Shown in pieces: positions 37,885 to 47,324 of a DNA stretch of 64,000 nucleotides. The position numbers and the translations under genes are program-made. Numbering within the stretch: position 1 is the stretch's first letter; each line of letters opens with the position of its first letter. The notes under the pieces are model-generated. The model was not told where the DNA came from and did no database searches. It saw only the letters and a list, made by a program, of their open reading frames with translations. Source of the DNA: Nitrospira sp. (GTDB lineage: Bacteria; Nitrospirota; Nitrospiria; Nitrospirales; Nitrospiraceae); NCBI GenBank assembly GCA_047150005.1, contig AP038806.1:1120001-1184000 (forward strand), in the 5' to 3' direction.

Positions 37885-38025
37885 GAATCCTCCAATGTTG
37901 ACTCATGTCGTGGAGCAGTCGTCCAAGCATCACTTTTGGGCTACCCTTCCTCATCGATTCCCCGGCTTGATCCGCAAGGCCACCTTGCCGCGTTGCCGTC
38001 CTTTCTCAACCAACTTCTTCGTTTT

Positions 38026-38090
38026 TCAACGTGTGAATCCTCCTTTGACGTAGTACGGACCATTGCTCTTGGACGTGATGATCACGTCAC
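38026..38090 (-). pseudogene. Remnant N-terminus of a CDGSH paralogue
   Basis: SDVIITSKSNGPYYVKGGFT vs SDVLIQPNNDGPYYIKGEFK of the intact gene at 39764-39970. Confidence 0.5.
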
Positions 38091-38274
38091 TCGCGCTAAC
38101 CACCACCTCGGCGTGCGTAGCGCAGACCATCGCATCATATTTTGGCGTTCGACACTCACGGCCCATCGAGGCTCCCAAGCCTCGACCTGGCATGTTTGCC
38201 GGTGCAGGACTGCTCTCAATGTCTCGAGATCGTCCGGACTGTCGTTCCGTTCGTTGTTCATGAACCATCGACGG

Positions 38275-39378
38275 CTAACCCGTGGGTTCACTATCCAGTT
38301 GGTGTGCTTTCCGGCCGCCGCGCGCCAGCGGATGATCGCGGAGCTGTCCCTCGACCATCAATCTCGCCATGTCCGCAGCCCGCGCCACCAGTTCCTGTGC
38401 CCCTTCACGCAGTTCCCGGCTGTTCTGGACTTCACTGACATTGCGCTCCATGTCCTCGGCGCTCCAGCCTCGCGAATGCGCGATAAACGGAAATTGCGGA
38501 AACTGGCAGCCCACTTCCGAGAAGAACGTCATCAGTTGGCCCGCCACGCCTTGTACATTGTCCTGCCCGCCCATGATGATGAAGGCGGCCACCTTGTTCT
38601 TGAGCAAGTGTCTGTTTGCGATGGTCTCCTGATTTTGAATGCAGTTCATCCGTTCGACCATTTTGTAATACAGACTGCTGGCGTTACCCCAGCGAATCGG
38701 GGTCGCGATCAGAATGACATCGGCCCAATGCACAATGGCTTCGTACACGCGATCGAGCTGGTCGGTTGGATCCATCTGCGTGATCGAGCAAGGCCAGGTG
38801 CAGGCCTGGGCCGATTTCGAATAAAACCCTTCACAGGGACGAAACTGTAGCTCGCGGAGCTTGATGCATTGCGTCTCCAGTTCGAGCGTGGTTCGCGCAT
38901 AGTCCAGCGCGATCTCCAGCATGGCATCCGAAGTGCTGTACCGTGGATGTTCGTTGGTCATTGCCGTCGTGGAGATACCGACGACACGAATCGGGCCTTC
39001 GGCGCGGACAATCGGGCGTGCGAGCGGATGGGGCTTGTGGGATTGCTTTCGCCGCTTCGTGGCGGAGCCGAGATCGATGAAGAGCCGCCCGCTCTCGATT
39101 TTGGTCGCGTAGACCGGAACCTGATCCTGTTCGTATCCGGGTTCTCCATGACCCGTCTTATGGTGGAACTTCCAGTAATGCCAAGGGCAGACAATATAGT
39201 CGCCGTCCAGCGAGCCCTCGCCGAGCGGACCCCCGGCGTGATTGCAGACGCCGGAGATCGCGGTAAAGGCCCCATCCTTGTATGTGAGCGCGATCGGCGT
39301 CGTCCCGAGCATCACTTCACGCAAGGATTTGACTTTCAGGTCTTCGACCGGCCCGACATCGATCCACTTCTCAGGCAT
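38275..39378 (-). CDS. Rieske [2Fe-2S] + flavodoxin-like (NADPH-dependent FMN reductase) fusion
   Basis: CNHAGG...CPWH; then CEGFYS...CTWPC, ATPIRWG. Confidence 0.85.
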   Translation of the reverse strand: MPEKWIDVGPVEDLKVKSLREVMLGTTPIALTYKDGAFTAISGVCNHAGGPLGEGSLDGDYIVCPWHYWKFHHKTGHGEPGYEQDQVPVYATKIESGRLFIDLGSATKRRKQSHKPHPLARPIVRAEGPIRVVGISTTAMTNEHPRYSTSDAMLEIALDYARTTLELETQCIKLRELQFRPCEGFYSKSAQACTWPCSITQMDPTDQLDRVYEAIVHWADVILIATPIRWGNASSLYYKMVERMNCIQNQETIANRHLLKNKVAAFIIMGGQDNVQGVAGQLMTFFSEVGCQFPQFPFIAHSRGWSAEDMERNVSEVQNSRELREGAQELVARAADMARLMVEGQLRDHPLARGGRKAHQLDSEPTG

Positions 39379-39555
39379 TGCCTACCCTTTGGTTTGTTGC
39401 GCAACTAACCGATCATGGGAACAGTGTTGCAGCCGGGCCGTTCGCGTGGGTGGTCACGCGATCGACTCGGCAAGGTCCACTGTTTCTATATAAAGATTGA
39501 AGGCGCGAGCGCCGACACCAAACGTTCCGATCGGGGCGTTGACCCTCCTCGTCGC

Positions 39556-39693
39556 TTAACGTCCTTTGCAGCCTTGATGTCCGCAGCCGCACTTGGCATT
39601 GCCCGGATTGCCGGACGCGCACTTCGCGTCGCAGTACATATATTTTTTAGGAACCACGCAGCTGCAAGCAGGATGCGCGCATTTGTTGGCCAT
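39556..39693 (-). CDS. Bacterial metallothionein-like peptide (not in ORF track)
   Basis: MANKCAHPACSCVVPKKYMYCDAKCASGNPGNAKCGCGHQGCKGR; 8 Cys + 2 His in 45 aa; AAGGGA RBS. Confidence 0.75.
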   Translation of the reverse strand: MANKCAHPACSCVVPKKYMYCDAKCASGNPGNAKCGCGHQGCKGR

Positions 39694-39763
39694 GACGATT
39701 CCCTTCTCGATCTACCTGATCCATTCGGTCCCTGAGCGGCTCGTGTCTATTCGACCGTCACAA

Positions 39764-39970
39764 TTACCGCTTCGCGTCCAGGTTGTCTTTGAAGCCGGCC
39801 TTCTTGTGCGAGCCGTCGCAGAATGGTTTGTTCGCCGATTGCCCGCACCGGCAGAGCCAGGCTTCATTCCCCTCGACGGCGATCTGCTTCCCTCCTTCAG
39901 TGACAATCTTGAATTCTCCTTTGATGTAGTACGGACCGTCATTATTCGGTTGGATGAGCACGTCACTCAT
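39764..39970 (-). CDS. CDGSH iron-sulfur protein
   Basis: WLCRCGQSANKPFCDGSH; GAGGAGG RBS. Confidence 0.92.
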   Translation of the reverse strand: MSDVLIQPNNDGPYYIKGEFKIVTEGGKQIAVEGNEAWLCRCGQSANKPFCDGSHKKAGFKDNLDAKR

Positions 39971-39989
39971 GGTGTCCTCCTCTCGTGGT

Positions 39990-40523
39990 TTAGTGTAAGC
40001 CCAGTTGCTTCATGTATTCCGCGTTATCCCAAAAGAGATGCTCCTCGGCAATACAGCCGTTCTTCCATTTGGCAATCGTGGCCATCGGCATCTTCACCTT
40101 TTTCCCGGTGGGAGCGATGGTCTGGCCATCCGGTAGTTTCATCGGTTCAGAAAATGTCGCTTCCATGATCCCCGTGGTCACGGTCCAATCACCCGAGCCG
40201 AACGCGATCGGATGTGCGGTGATTCGACTGTCCGGTGTCCCGTTGAACAGGCCGTCGATGTCGGTGACATGCTGATCGATGCCTTGCGTGGTTCTCCCGT
40301 CGGGAAAGACGACCTTCACGTCCGGACAATGAATGTCGCGGAATAACTTCATGTTCTTGCGCTGGCTGTAGGCTTCAAAGTCGAGCTGATCGAACCGCTT
40401 CAAGTTGGCCTGCACCTGATCCTGTTTCGCTTGCGTTCCTTCTCCAGCGTGGACCGTTCCCATGACAAAGGTCAAGAGCGTCGCCGGCACGACGAAGAAA
40501 ATCCGCAGCGCCTGATTGTTCAT
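39990..40523 (-). CDS. SnoaL-like ester cyclase family protein, exported
   Basis: Signal peptide, FGSGDW, IAPTGK, IAEEHLFWDN...QLG. Confidence 0.82.
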   Translation of the reverse strand: MNNQALRIFFVVPATLLTFVMGTVHAGEGTQAKQDQVQANLKRFDQLDFEAYSQRKNMKLFRDIHCPDVKVVFPDGRTTQGIDQHVTDIDGLFNGTPDSRITAHPIAFGSGDWTVTTGIMEATFSEPMKLPDGQTIAPTGKKVKMPMATIAKWKNGCIAEEHLFWDNAEYMKQLGLH

Positions 40524-40651
40524 GTATTCTCCCTTCTTCAAAGTCTTGAACGGTTACGGCATGAATCGCACATCCGTTTTCACTTCATGCGGCATACGAT
40601 CCGTCCCGATGGGTTAACCTTATGCGCCGCAGCGACGTATCTATCCGTTCC

Positions 40652-41293
40652 TCAATACCCGACGGTGAACCGCTGCCGCACATGCGCGGGCCGTTCGACC
40701 TCGTCCAGCATGGCCACCGCATAATCTTGCGTCGAGATCCGGCTCTGCCCATTGGCATCCTTCAGTAACTGATCTTTTCCAAGACGAAACTTGCCGGTCC
40801 GTTGGCCGGGAGACAAATCTGCTGACGGCGAGAGAAAAGACCAATCCAATCCCGGTTCCTTGCGCAGCAAGTTCAGCGCTTCACGCGTCGCCAAGGCCCC
40901 CTGTTTCCATTCCTTAGGGAACTCAGGTAGATCGACGGACTGAACGCCCGGCTTCACCTCCAAGCTGCCGGCGCCTCCCACGAACAGGAGTCGCTTGATC
41001 CCCGCCTTCTTCACGCCGGCGATAATGGCTTTGGTTCCCTTGATCTGAAGATCGTAGATATCCGGATTCGTCCAACCGGGATTGAAAGCGCTGATGACGG
41101 CATCCTGACCGGCTACCAAACGAGCCACCTCGTTTTCGTTATACACATCGCCCTTCTCGGCATGAAGCTTTTGATGTGCCGTCAGTTTCTCCGGGTACCG
41201 CACGATGGCCGTGACTTCGTAACCGCGATCCAAGGCCTCTTTGAGGATTGCCGAACCGACGAATCCCGTGGCGCCAATGAGTGCGATCTTCAT
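40652..41293 (-). CDS. NAD(P)H-binding oxidoreductase (YwnB/flavin reductase-like)
   Basis: IGATGFVGS, VGGAGSL, WSFLSPS, IS..DYAVA, RFTVGY. Confidence 0.88.
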   Translation of the reverse strand: MKIALIGATGFVGSAILKEALDRGYEVTAIVRYPEKLTAHQKLHAEKGDVYNENEVARLVAGQDAVISAFNPGWTNPDIYDLQIKGTKAIIAGVKKAGIKRLLFVGGAGSLEVKPGVQSVDLPEFPKEWKQGALATREALNLLRKEPGLDWSFLSPSADLSPGQRTGKFRLGKDQLLKDANGQSRISTQDYAVAMLDEVERPAHVRQRFTVGY

Positions 41294-41419
41294 CTTGACC
41301 TCCTCGTCAGCAGTACTTCCGAGTTGAAACGCCTACACTCAACGACTCCAGCTTCCATCGAGTGCACATTATCTTCGATCACGATAGACGCAGTCGAGGA
41401 GGACACCGTGTCTTCCTCT

Positions 41420-43456
41420 TCAGTTCGACGCGGGCCCGCCGGTCAGATGCGAGACCAGGTGCCGGAGCATCCGCTCGGAGCGGATGACGCCGACCAAACG
41501 TCGCACATCCTTGTCTTCGACGACCGGCAGCCAATCGAGATCATGCCTGTTCATCACGTCGCCGCCCGTCAGGCTCGTATCATTCGGAGTGACGACCACG
41601 GGATCGGCCTTCATGAAGTCCCGGACCCTGGTTGACGGCGTCTTGCCTTGCGCAAAGGCTTCGAATAGCTCGTTTCTTGTGATGACACCCTGCAAGCTCC
41701 CGTCCTCATCCAGCACGCAAAGAAACTCAATGCCGTGCTCATCAAACAGCCGGACGGCATCCTCAAACGTGTCCTCAGGAGCAAGACGATGCTCAGGGAT
41801 CGCCTCCATGAAGGTGGACAGGGGCCGGCGCTCAAGCGCACCCCAGGCCTGGGTCAATCGAGGATTCAACCGGGGGCGCCGCCATCGCAGAGCTTGGGCC
41901 AGCAGATGACGGAAGGGGGTGAGCGCGCCGGAAATTTGCGAGAAGACTTCTTTCCCCATCACGAGCACCTCGACCGCCGTACGCGCCCGGACGCTCCCGA
42001 CGCGCATGACGCCGTCGAGGAGCGCCATCTCGCCGAAAAAGTCTCCAGGTCCAAGCACGGCCAGGGTCTTCGGCTGTCCCGTGGCGTCGCGTCGCATGAC
42101 GTCGACCTCGCCCTGTTCGATTACGTAAAAATTCACCGCCGGCTCGCCCTCGGCAAAAATGTAATCGCCGGGACGATAATGCGCCCGCGCGATCCGTTCG
42201 GTTTGATCGACCCTGGGATAGGCGAGATCCCGTGGAAACAGCAGTTCCCAGGTCCAGTCGAATGCGACCTTGATCCGGCGGGACCAGGAGGGAGATTTCA
42301 GCAGGTACACGGTCCGCCAGAGCCACCAGGCCGGAAACCCAGAGAGGCGCACGCCCAGAATCTCGGCCACCGCGTTCCGTTCGCCGATGCCGCACAGTTG
42401 ACCCAAGGGTTTATAGGAAAACTGCCTGACGGGTTCCTTCCGGAGGACGCGGATAATGTTCTCCGCTGCTTGCCGCCCTTGCCGTTCGGCAAACTGGCCG
42501 GTCGTGGGAGAGATCCGGTTGTCATAGGCATTGATCACAGAGGCGCAGTCGCCGATGGCCCAGACATTCGACATCCCTCTCAACCGCATGTCGGGATCGG
42601 TGAGCAACCGACCTGCCTCCTTGGGCACATGGATGCGCTGCACCAACTGCGGCATGGTCGTGCCGATTGTGCAGACCACGGTAGCCCCGCGAAGCATCCG
42701 ACCGTCCTGCAGTTCCACCCCTTCGGCTGTGGCCATTACCGCGCGGTCGTTCAATAGGATCCGGATGCCGGCCTGCTCCATTTTCATTCGTGCGAACTCG
42801 CGCAGGGTGGAGCTCACTTCCGGAAGAATCTGATCCTTGGCGTGCACCAGTGTGACGCTGACCTCACGGGCCGTGAAATTGCCGTAGAATCGCAGGCTGG
42901 CCCGCACCAGATCGTTGATCTCGCCCGCCACCTCCACCCCGCTGAACCCGCCGCCCACGATGATGAAGGACAAATACCAGCGCCGTCGCTCCGGGTCGTC
43001 GCAGACCTCGGCCTTTTCCAGTTGCTCGGTCACATGGAACCGCAATGCGATCGCATCGCCCACCGACTTCAGCGGAAACGCATGGTCCGCCATGCCAGGC
43101 ACGAGGGTAAGGTTGACGGCCGTGCCACAGGCCAGCACGGCATGGTCGAACGGCATGCGATTCACGCGGCCGTCGGACACTTCATACTCAACTTCGGAGG
43201 CGGCCAGGTCGACCTGCCTCACGTCCTCCGTCCGGCACCGCACGCCTGGCAGCATCTGGCGCAAGGGCACTGTGACCGCGCCGGGGTTGATCGCCGCGCC
43301 GGCCACCTCCGCCAACAATGGATAGAAGACCATGTTGTTCTCCCGGCTGAACAGCACGATCTCGCAGGATTGCGGCGGCAAGTGCTTGCGCAGGATCCTT
43401 GCGCATTTCACGCCGGCGAAGCCCCCACCGATGATGACGATTCTCGTACGGTCCAT
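41420..43456 (-). CDS. Type II NADH dehydrogenase-like flavoprotein fused to cNMP-binding and tandem CBS domains
   Basis: GGGFAG, VGGGFSGVE.AGE, WAIGDCA, LWRTVYL; FFGEMAL...VRA; C-terminal CBS pair. Confidence 0.85.
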   Translation of the reverse strand: MDRTRIVIIGGGFAGVKCARILRKHLPPQSCEIVLFSRENNMVFYPLLAEVAGAAINPGAVTVPLRQMLPGVRCRTEDVRQVDLAASEVEYEVSDGRVNRMPFDHAVLACGTAVNLTLVPGMADHAFPLKSVGDAIALRFHVTEQLEKAEVCDDPERRRWYLSFIIVGGGFSGVEVAGEINDLVRASLRFYGNFTAREVSVTLVHAKDQILPEVSSTLREFARMKMEQAGIRILLNDRAVMATAEGVELQDGRMLRGATVVCTIGTTMPQLVQRIHVPKEAGRLLTDPDMRLRGMSNVWAIGDCASVINAYDNRISPTTGQFAERQGRQAAENIIRVLRKEPVRQFSYKPLGQLCGIGERNAVAEILGVRLSGFPAWWLWRTVYLLKSPSWSRRIKVAFDWTWELLFPRDLAYPRVDQTERIARAHYRPGDYIFAEGEPAVNFYVIEQGEVDVMRRDATGQPKTLAVLGPGDFFGEMALLDGVMRVGSVRARTAVEVLVMGKEVFSQISGALTPFRHLLAQALRWRRPRLNPRLTQAWGALERRPLSTFMEAIPEHRLAPEDTFEDAVRLFDEHGIEFLCVLDEDGSLQGVITRNELFEAFAQGKTPSTRVRDFMKADPVVVTPNDTSLTGGDVMNRHDLDWLPVVEDKDVRRLVGVIRSERMLRHLVSHLTGGPASN

Positions 43457-43460
43457 GTCG

Positions 43461-44189
43461 TCACGTCGAATGCTGCACCACGCAGGACGGGCGCTCGTCC
43501 TTCCAGGCTTCATCCCACAGGCGAAAGCCGCCGGTAAATGCGTGGTGGTTGTCGCCCAATCGCGCCCATTCAGGCAGCTTCACGAGCTGTTTCGCGTTGC
43601 CGCCGCCGAGCACCACATAGTCGGCTTGAAGCGCCCGGTGGAGCGCGGTCACGACCTCATCGACATACCGGCGCCATTTCTTCTTGCCGTACCGTTGGAG
43701 CCCGCGCAGGCCGACATAGTCCTCATAGGTGCGGCCTTTCCGATAGCGCAGATGCGCCAGCTCCATCGGCACCAACACGCCGTGGGTGATCAGCGCGGAC
43801 CCGAGGCCGGTGCCCAGCCCCAAGAACAGCATGCGCCCACCTTCGTAGCTCCCGAGCGCCTGCATCGCCGCGTCATTGATCACCTTGACCGGACAGCCGA
43901 AGGCCTTCTCGAAATTAAATCCCACCCAACCGGCGGCCAGGTTCCTGGGGTCCACGGCCGGCCGGCCGTTCGAGACGGCTCCGGGATAGCCGAGCGAGAT
44001 GACGTCATAAAGCCAATCTGCCGCAAGTTCCTTGACCACCGCCACCATGGCTTTGGCCGTCATAGCCGGACCGGACGGGACCTTGCGGGACGTTCGTTTC
44101 CCGGTGGCGAGGATCTTGACGTTAGTGCCGCCTACATCGATCACGAGGACCTCGCGGCGGTTAGGCGAAGGCCGGCTGCCTTGTCTCAT
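43461..44189 (-). CDS. ppgK: Polyphosphate glucokinase (ROK family)
   Basis: IDVGGT, INDAAMQA, GLGTGLGS, ELAHL, GGGNAK. Confidence 0.75.
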   Translation of the reverse strand: MRQGSRPSPNRREVLVIDVGGTNVKILATGKRTSRKVPSGPAMTAKAMVAVVKELAADWLYDVISLGYPGAVSNGRPAVDPRNLAAGWVGFNFEKAFGCPVKVINDAAMQALGSYEGGRMLFLGLGTGLGSALITHGVLVPMELAHLRYRKGRTYEDYVGLRGLQRYGKKKWRRYVDEVVTALHRALQADYVVLGGGNAKQLVKLPEWARLGDNHHAFTGGFRLWDEAWKDERPSCVVQHST

Positions 44190-44353
44190 CGATGTACCTC
44201 CATGCTCGGCGGTCGAAAAGGCCAGGAGGGCAGCTTCCCCAATCGACCGATTGCTCGGTCATCGACGTCTCGCTTGGAGAGAAGTTGCCCTATGCTCAGG
44301 ACATTGTCATCGCGGCGGTGCCGAGATCAAGGGGTTTCTCGTCGCGCTGCCGT

Positions 44354-44677
44354 TCAGGGCGCGGCCGGTCCGGAGAAGTCCTTGGGCAGGGGCACACGAG
44401 ACGGAAGCCGTCGGCGGAGGCCTACTTGGCCCAACAGAAAGGCACTCACCGGCGCGGTCATAAATAGAAACACCGCAATGAGCAATTCACGCAGGGTGAG
44501 CCCTTCGGCGGCGTGGACGACGGCCGCGACCAACAGACTGCCGACGCCCAGGGTCGTGGATTTCGTCGGGCCGTGCAGCCGCATGAAGAAATCGGGAAGG
44601 CGAACGAGTCCGAGCGCTCCCACCACGATGAACAGGCTGCTGACCAGCAACAACGCGGCGACGAGGAGATCGAGCAT
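44354..44677 (-). CDS. mrpG: Mrp/Pha antiporter subunit G
   Basis: RLPDFFMRLHGPTKSTTLG, FMTAPVSA. Confidence 0.88.
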   Translation of the reverse strand: MLDLLVAALLLVSSLFIVVGALGLVRLPDFFMRLHGPTKSTTLGVGSLLVAAVVHAAEGLTLRELLIAVFLFMTAPVSAFLLGQVGLRRRLPSRVPLPKDFSGPAAP

Positions 44678-44681
44678 CGTG

Positions 44682-44951
44682 TTACTCCATGACCTTGCCG
44701 CGGGCAAGCGCCCGCGCAAGCGCCGCCGTAGCCACAAACCCGGTCAATGCGATCAGCAGCGCCGCTTCGAAAAAGATCGACGTGGACAGGTAGATGTCCA
44801 GGACGATCAGCAGCGCGATCGTATTGATGTACAACGTGTCGAAGGCCAGCACGCGGTCGGCGGGGTGGGGACCGAGCACGAGGCGTACCATGCACAACGC
44901 GAGCGCGAGCGCAATGGAACCGAAAGCCACGTACACGGCGACGGTCAACAT
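44682..44951 (-). CDS. mrpF: Mrp/Pha antiporter subunit F
   Basis: GPHPADRVLAFDTL, FEAALLIAL.GFVAT. Confidence 0.88.
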   Translation of the reverse strand: MLTVAVYVAFGSIALALALCMVRLVLGPHPADRVLAFDTLYINTIALLIVLDIYLSTSIFFEAALLIALTGFVATAALARALARGKVME

Positions 44952-45430
44952 TCCAGGATCTCCATCAGCGGCTGCTCGTACCGCGCTTTGATCGTCGCGA
45001 CGAAATGCGCTTCGTCTTCCACGTGGAGCACGTGCAGCAGCAGCACGCGGCAGTCGGGCGTCAACGCGATCGAAACCGAGCCGGGCACGATGGACACGAT
45101 GCTCGCAAAGAGAGCGATCGCGTGCGGGTGCGTCACGGCAAGCGGCACCCGCACGAATGCGGGCCGCAGGCGGGCAAGGGGCCCGAGCACGAGGCGGGCG
45201 ACCGTGATATTGGCGACGACGATATCCCACGCCACCCGCAGGGCGAGTCGCGCTGCCGAGCGCACCGAGCGGATTCCCGGTATCTCCTTCAGCAAGGGGG
45301 CGGCGACGCGCGGGATGACCAGCCCCAGCACCAGCGCCCATCCAAGGTGCGTCGGCGAGAGACCGGCCAACGCGAGCCATGTTGCCGCCAGGATCACCGA
45401 GAGCTTCGGGAAGGGACAGAGGGTGTTCAT
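44945..45430 (-). CDS. mrpE: Mrp/Pha antiporter subunit E
   Basis: DIVVANITVA, PGS, HVL, IKARYEQPL. Confidence 0.88.
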   Translation of the reverse strand: MNTLCPFPKLSVILAATWLALAGLSPTHLGWALVLGLVIPRVAAPLLKEIPGIRSVRSAARLALRVAWDIVVANITVARLVLGPLARLRPAFVRVPLAVTHPHAIALFASIVSIVPGSVSIALTPDCRVLLLHVLHVEDEAHFVATIKARYEQPLMEILEC

Positions 45431-46971
45431 GGGCCCGTCTCCGGATAAGGCCGGATCAGCCCCTCGCGAAGCGGCCCCAGCACGGCGTCGATATAGGCGG
45501 ATGGCGCGATCAGTTGCGCCGCCGTCTCATCGGTGTAGCGCGTGATCGGCGCCGCGAACACGACCAGGAGGAGGCTGCCTCCGGCCAGCATCGCGAGCGC
45601 CGTCCATTCTCCCGCGCGCGGAGAAGCGGCCTGCCCCGACGGCTGCGGATCGGTCGTGCTCCAGAGCAGAACGCTGCCGGCTCGCGAGCATCCGATCAGG
45701 GTGAGTACGCTCGTTACCAGAATTACCCCCCAGACGGTGGCGACGGCCGGTCCGTCGTGCGTGCTTTGGAGCACCATCAGTTTCCCGAGAAACCCGGAAG
45801 AAGGCGGGACGCCCGCCACGGTGGCCCCGCCGAATAGGAACGCGAGACCGAGCAGCGTTGCCTGGCGCAGCGGCGGCCCCGGATGCAGTTGATCGCGCAT
45901 CGCACCGCGGCTGCGTCCGAGCAGATCCGTGACGAGAAACAGGACGGCGACGGCAAGGGTGGAATGGGCCAGGTAATAGAGCGCGGCGGAGAGCGCGGCG
46001 CCGCCGCCGATCGCCACCGCGGCAAGGATGGTCCCGGCCGAGGCGATCGTCAAGTACGCGGTCATCGTGGCCAGGCGTTCGGCGCCGAGCGCCCCCACGG
46101 TCGCCAGGGCAAGCGTGACCAAGGCAACGGGCAAGAGCCAGGGGGATGTCAGCTCCATGGCGGCGCCCGCCTCGCCGCCGTAGATCAGCGTGGTCACGCG
46201 AATGACCGCGTAGATCCCGACCTTGGTCATGATCGAGAACAAAGCGGCGACCGGCGCGGGCGCGCTCGAATAGGCGGGGGGCAGCCAGAAGTAGAGGGGA
46301 AAGAGCGCAGCTTTGATCGCGAACACGCCAAGGAGCAACAGGCCCCCCGCCCGGGCAAGCGCCACGTCCTCCGGCCGTACCTGCGCGATGCGCTCGGCCA
46401 AGTGCGCCATGTTGAGGGTGCCGGTGACGCCGTACAACAGGCTGACGCCGATCAGAAAGACGCTGGACGCGGCAATGTTGATGGCGGCATAGTGCAACGT
46501 CGCGCGCAGACGGCCCAGCTCCAATCCTTGCAGCGCGAGGCAGTATGACGCGATCAACAGGATCTCGAAGAAGACGAACAGATTGAACAGATCTCCCGTG
46601 AGGAAGGCTCCGTTCAATCCCATGAGCTGAAACAAAAAGAACGGATGGAAGAGCTGCCCGCGCGCATCCCAGCCCTGCCCCGCATACAGTGCCGCCGCGA
46701 GCGCGAGCCCCGCCGTCAGGACCAGCATGAAGGCGGACAGGCGGTCCGCGACCAGGACGATCCCGAACGGCGCCGGCCAATTGCCAAGCGTGTAGACAAG
46801 CGGCCGGCCGGACTGCACGTACAAACAGATGGCGACCGCCACGGCCAAGAGACCCACGGTGGCCCCGAGGCTCAACGCGCGCGCCGCTGCCAGCGGCGCG
46901 CGCTGCCAGAGCAGGAGCAGCGCCGCCGAGAGCGCGGGCAGCACGATCGGGACCACGAGCAAATGGGTCAT
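45427..46971 (-). CDS. mrpD: Mrp/Pha antiporter subunit D
   Basis: GNWPAPFGI, LTGDLFNLFVFFEI, WLPPAY, TKVGIY. Confidence 0.92.
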   Translation of the reverse strand: MTHLLVVPIVLPALSAALLLLWQRAPLAAARALSLGATVGLLAVAVAICLYVQSGRPLVYTLGNWPAPFGIVLVADRLSAFMLVLTAGLALAAALYAGQGWDARGQLFHPFFLFQLMGLNGAFLTGDLFNLFVFFEILLIASYCLALQGLELGRLRATLHYAAINIAASSVFLIGVSLLYGVTGTLNMAHLAERIAQVRPEDVALARAGGLLLLGVFAIKAALFPLYFWLPPAYSSAPAPVAALFSIMTKVGIYAVIRVTTLIYGGEAGAAMELTSPWLLPVALVTLALATVGALGAERLATMTAYLTIASAGTILAAVAIGGGAALSAALYYLAHSTLAVAVLFLVTDLLGRSRGAMRDQLHPGPPLRQATLLGLAFLFGGATVAGVPPSSGFLGKLMVLQSTHDGPAVATVWGVILVTSVLTLIGCSRAGSVLLWSTTDPQPSGQAASPRAGEWTALAMLAGGSLLLVVFAAPITRYTDETAAQLIAPSAYIDAVLGPLREGLIRPYPETGP

Positions 46972-47324
46972 GGCTCGTCCACCGTGTTGCGGTCCGGGAC
47001 GGGCTCAATGCCGTCGACATGGTCGCTCCCCGTCTCGGACCTGATCCGCACCGCGAGCGCCATAATGAAGCCGGTCATGCCGAAGCCGATGACGATGGCC
47101 GTCAAGACGAGGGCCTGCGGCACGGGATCGGCGTAGCTGCCCGCCTCCGGGGCGATGATGGGGGCCGCCCCCGACCGAAGCCGTCCCATCGAGAAAATGA
47201 ACAGGTTCGCGGCGGAGCCCAACAGCGACAGGCCGAGCGCCATCGGGAACGTCCGTCCCCGCAGGAGAAGATACACGGCACAGGCGGTGAGGACGCCGAG
47301 TCCGATCGCCAGCATGGCTTCCAT
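46968..47324 (-). CDS. mrpC: Mrp/Pha antiporter subunit C
   Basis: DPVPQALVLTAIVIGFG. Confidence 0.92.
   Translation of the reverse strand: MEAMLAIGLGVLTACAVYLLLRGRTFPMALGLSLLGSAANLFIFSMGRLRSGAAPIIAPEAGSYADPVPQALVLTAIVIGFGMTGFIMALAVRIRSETGSDHVDGIEPVPDRNTVDEP

Noticed and set aside
43332..45545. 737-aa plus-strand ORF
   Set aside because: Antisense to ppgK and mrpG/F/E in very GC-rich DNA; Arg/Ser/Pro-rich with no motifs
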